Positions 9,150-10,824 of a stretch of DNA of 10,824 nt are shown piece by piece. Within the stretch, counting starts at the first letter, position 1, and each line of letters starts with the position of its first letter. Location of the stretch: contig NW_021827306.1 of the NCBI RefSeq assembly GCF_006345805.1, positions 1 through 10,824 on the forward strand. Reading direction: 5' to 3'. Source of the DNA: Octopus sinensis (taxonomy: Eukaryota). The notes beneath the pieces were generated by a model. The model made no database searches, had not been told where the DNA came from, and saw nothing but the letters and a program-made list of their open reading frames with translations. The position numbers and the translations under genes were made by a program.

Positions 9150-9382
9150 CTATTTCTTTACTACTCACAAGGGGCTAAACACAGACAGGACAAACAAGGA
9201 TAAACAAACGGATTAAGTCGATTATATCGAACCCAGGGCGTAACTGGTACTTATTTAATCAACCTCGAAAGAATGAAAGACAAAGTCGACCTCGGTGGTA
9301 TTTGAACTCAGAACGTAGCGACGGGCGAAATACCGCTAAGCATTTCGCCCGGCGTGCTAACGTTTCTGCTATCTCGCCGCCT
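9150..9382 (-). mobile_element. tRNA-derived SINE family A, full length, tail type 3
   Basis: Collinear with 8645-8869 over its full length. Confidence 0.92.
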
Positions 9383-9717
9383 ATCCTATGATATGTTATA
9401 ACATAATATACGACAAAATACCAGACATTGTTATTGCGGATCAGACAAGCTTTACAGAAATGACGATTTTGTGGTTGTTGCCGTTGTTATTCTTGTCCTC
9501 TCATTTAGTCTTCATATTCTTTCTTGCATTCACTCTTTCTTTTACTCCTTCATCCTTCAATTCGTTCTTCCTATCTTTCGTTTTTGTTTTTTGATCTGAT
9601 TTTTGATCTATACCGAATTCAGTTGGTTTTTTTTTTTGATTTTCGTTATTATTGCTACCCTAGTAAATTTTTGTTTTTTTGATAAGGTACTTATCATCAT
9701 CAACTTGATTACCATTA

Positions 9718-9757
<40 letters not shown>

Positions 9758-9976
9758 GGTGAGCTGGCAGAATCGTTAGCACGTTGGACGAAAAGCTTCA
9801 CGGCATTTCGTCCGTGGCTACGTTCTCAGTTCAAATTCCGGCCGAGATCGACTTTGCTTTTCACCCTTTCGGGGTCGATGAATTAAGTAACAGCTGAAAT
9901 ACTGGGGGTCGATGTAGTCGACTTAATACCCTCCCCACCCAAAAAATGGCTGCCCTTGTGGCAAAAATTTGAAACC
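9758..9976 (+). mobile_element. tRNA-derived SINE family A, full length, tail type 2
   Basis: A-box-like tggcagaatcg (9765-9775), B-box gttcaaattcc (9829-9839), body gtcgatgaattaagtaacag, tail ending gaaacc followed by (ATT)n; also preceded by (ATT)n. Confidence 0.92.
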
Positions 9977-10052
9977 ATTATTATTATTATTATTATTATC
10001 ATTATTATTATTATTATTACATTTTTCGCTCGATTTCATGTAAACCATCACC

Positions 10053-10078
10053 CGATCTCCCAACCCGCCACACACACA

Positions 10079-10119
<41 letters not shown>

Positions 10120-10128
10120 CCACACACA
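10053..10128. repeat. (CA)n microsatellite
   Basis: Direct reading. Confidence 0.95.
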
Positions 10129-10194
10129 AACATTCAGATTGGAACCATCCTTCTTAATATCAACCCCCTCATCTGATATTCCTGTGGCAAATAA

Positions 10195-10292
10195 ATCATT
10201 GTCATCGATATCATCATCACCATCACCATCATCATCATTATCACTATCATCATCATATCAACATTTTTTATTTTCCTCGCATTTCTTCATCC

Positions 10293-10323
<31 letters not shown>

Positions 10324-10412
10324 GCCATCATCATCATCATCATCATCGTTATCGTCATCATCATAATCATTATAGCCGTCATCATCATCATTATCATCAT
10401 TTTATTATTATT
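10195..10412. repeat. (CAT)n/(ATT)n trinucleotide tract
   Basis: Direct reading. Confidence 0.92.
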
Positions 10413-10634
10413 AAAAAATTTCTATTATTTGCCCGAGTTTTTTTTTAGGCATTTTCCATAAATTTTTGCGGCCATTTTTTTTTTTGATAAATTATTTTAT
10501 TTTATTTTTACATTTATTCCAGAGAGTGGTTTTCGTTATTGTTTTCTTAAGCATTTTTTGTGTTTTTTGTTTTTCTGTCTTTCTTCTCTTCGAGAGGCTG
10601 GTTCGGTGTTGAACGGTTGTATTTCTACCACCAC

Positions 10635-10670
<36 letters not shown>

Positions 10671-10824
10671 CTAATATAATCAATAATATCATAATAATCA
10701 TAATAATGAATAATAATAATAATAATAATAATTATTATGTTGTTGTTGCTTTTGTTATTATCGTTATTACTGTTATTATTGTTGTTGATGATATTATTAT
10801 TATTATTATCATTATTATTATTAT
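10635..10824. repeat. (AAT)n switching to (ATT)/(GTT)n
   Basis: Direct reading. Confidence 0.92.

Noticed and set aside
366-10701. The listed ORFs as protein-coding genes (poly-L/I/Y, YI, HT, CV runs)
   Set aside because: They are translations of microsatellites or SINE sequence that lack stop codons, with no recognisable domain.

Overview
Eukaryotic, AT-rich, repeat-saturated intronic or intergenic DNA. I recognise the repeat inventory from memory as octopod cephalopod (Octopus-like); this is not database-verified. No protein-coding gene can be supported: almost all listed ORFs are translations of (AAT)n, (AT)n, (GT)n or (CAT)n microsatellites. The window holds six full or partial copies of one tRNA-derived SINE (family A, three different 3' tails), a CORE-like tRNA SINE (family B, one near-full copy and two 3' halves), a third tRNA SINE (family C), a ~570 bp unassigned interspersed repeat and a composite minisatellite. 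The two most striking elements are a perfect 110+110 bp inverted repeat (5642-5875) next to a TIR-like end, and a minimal type I hammerhead-ribozyme fold with one core substitution (5146-5183) inside a Penelope-like repeat. I see no convincing new multi-gene system; the interest lies in structured RNA/DNA elements and retroposon dynamics.
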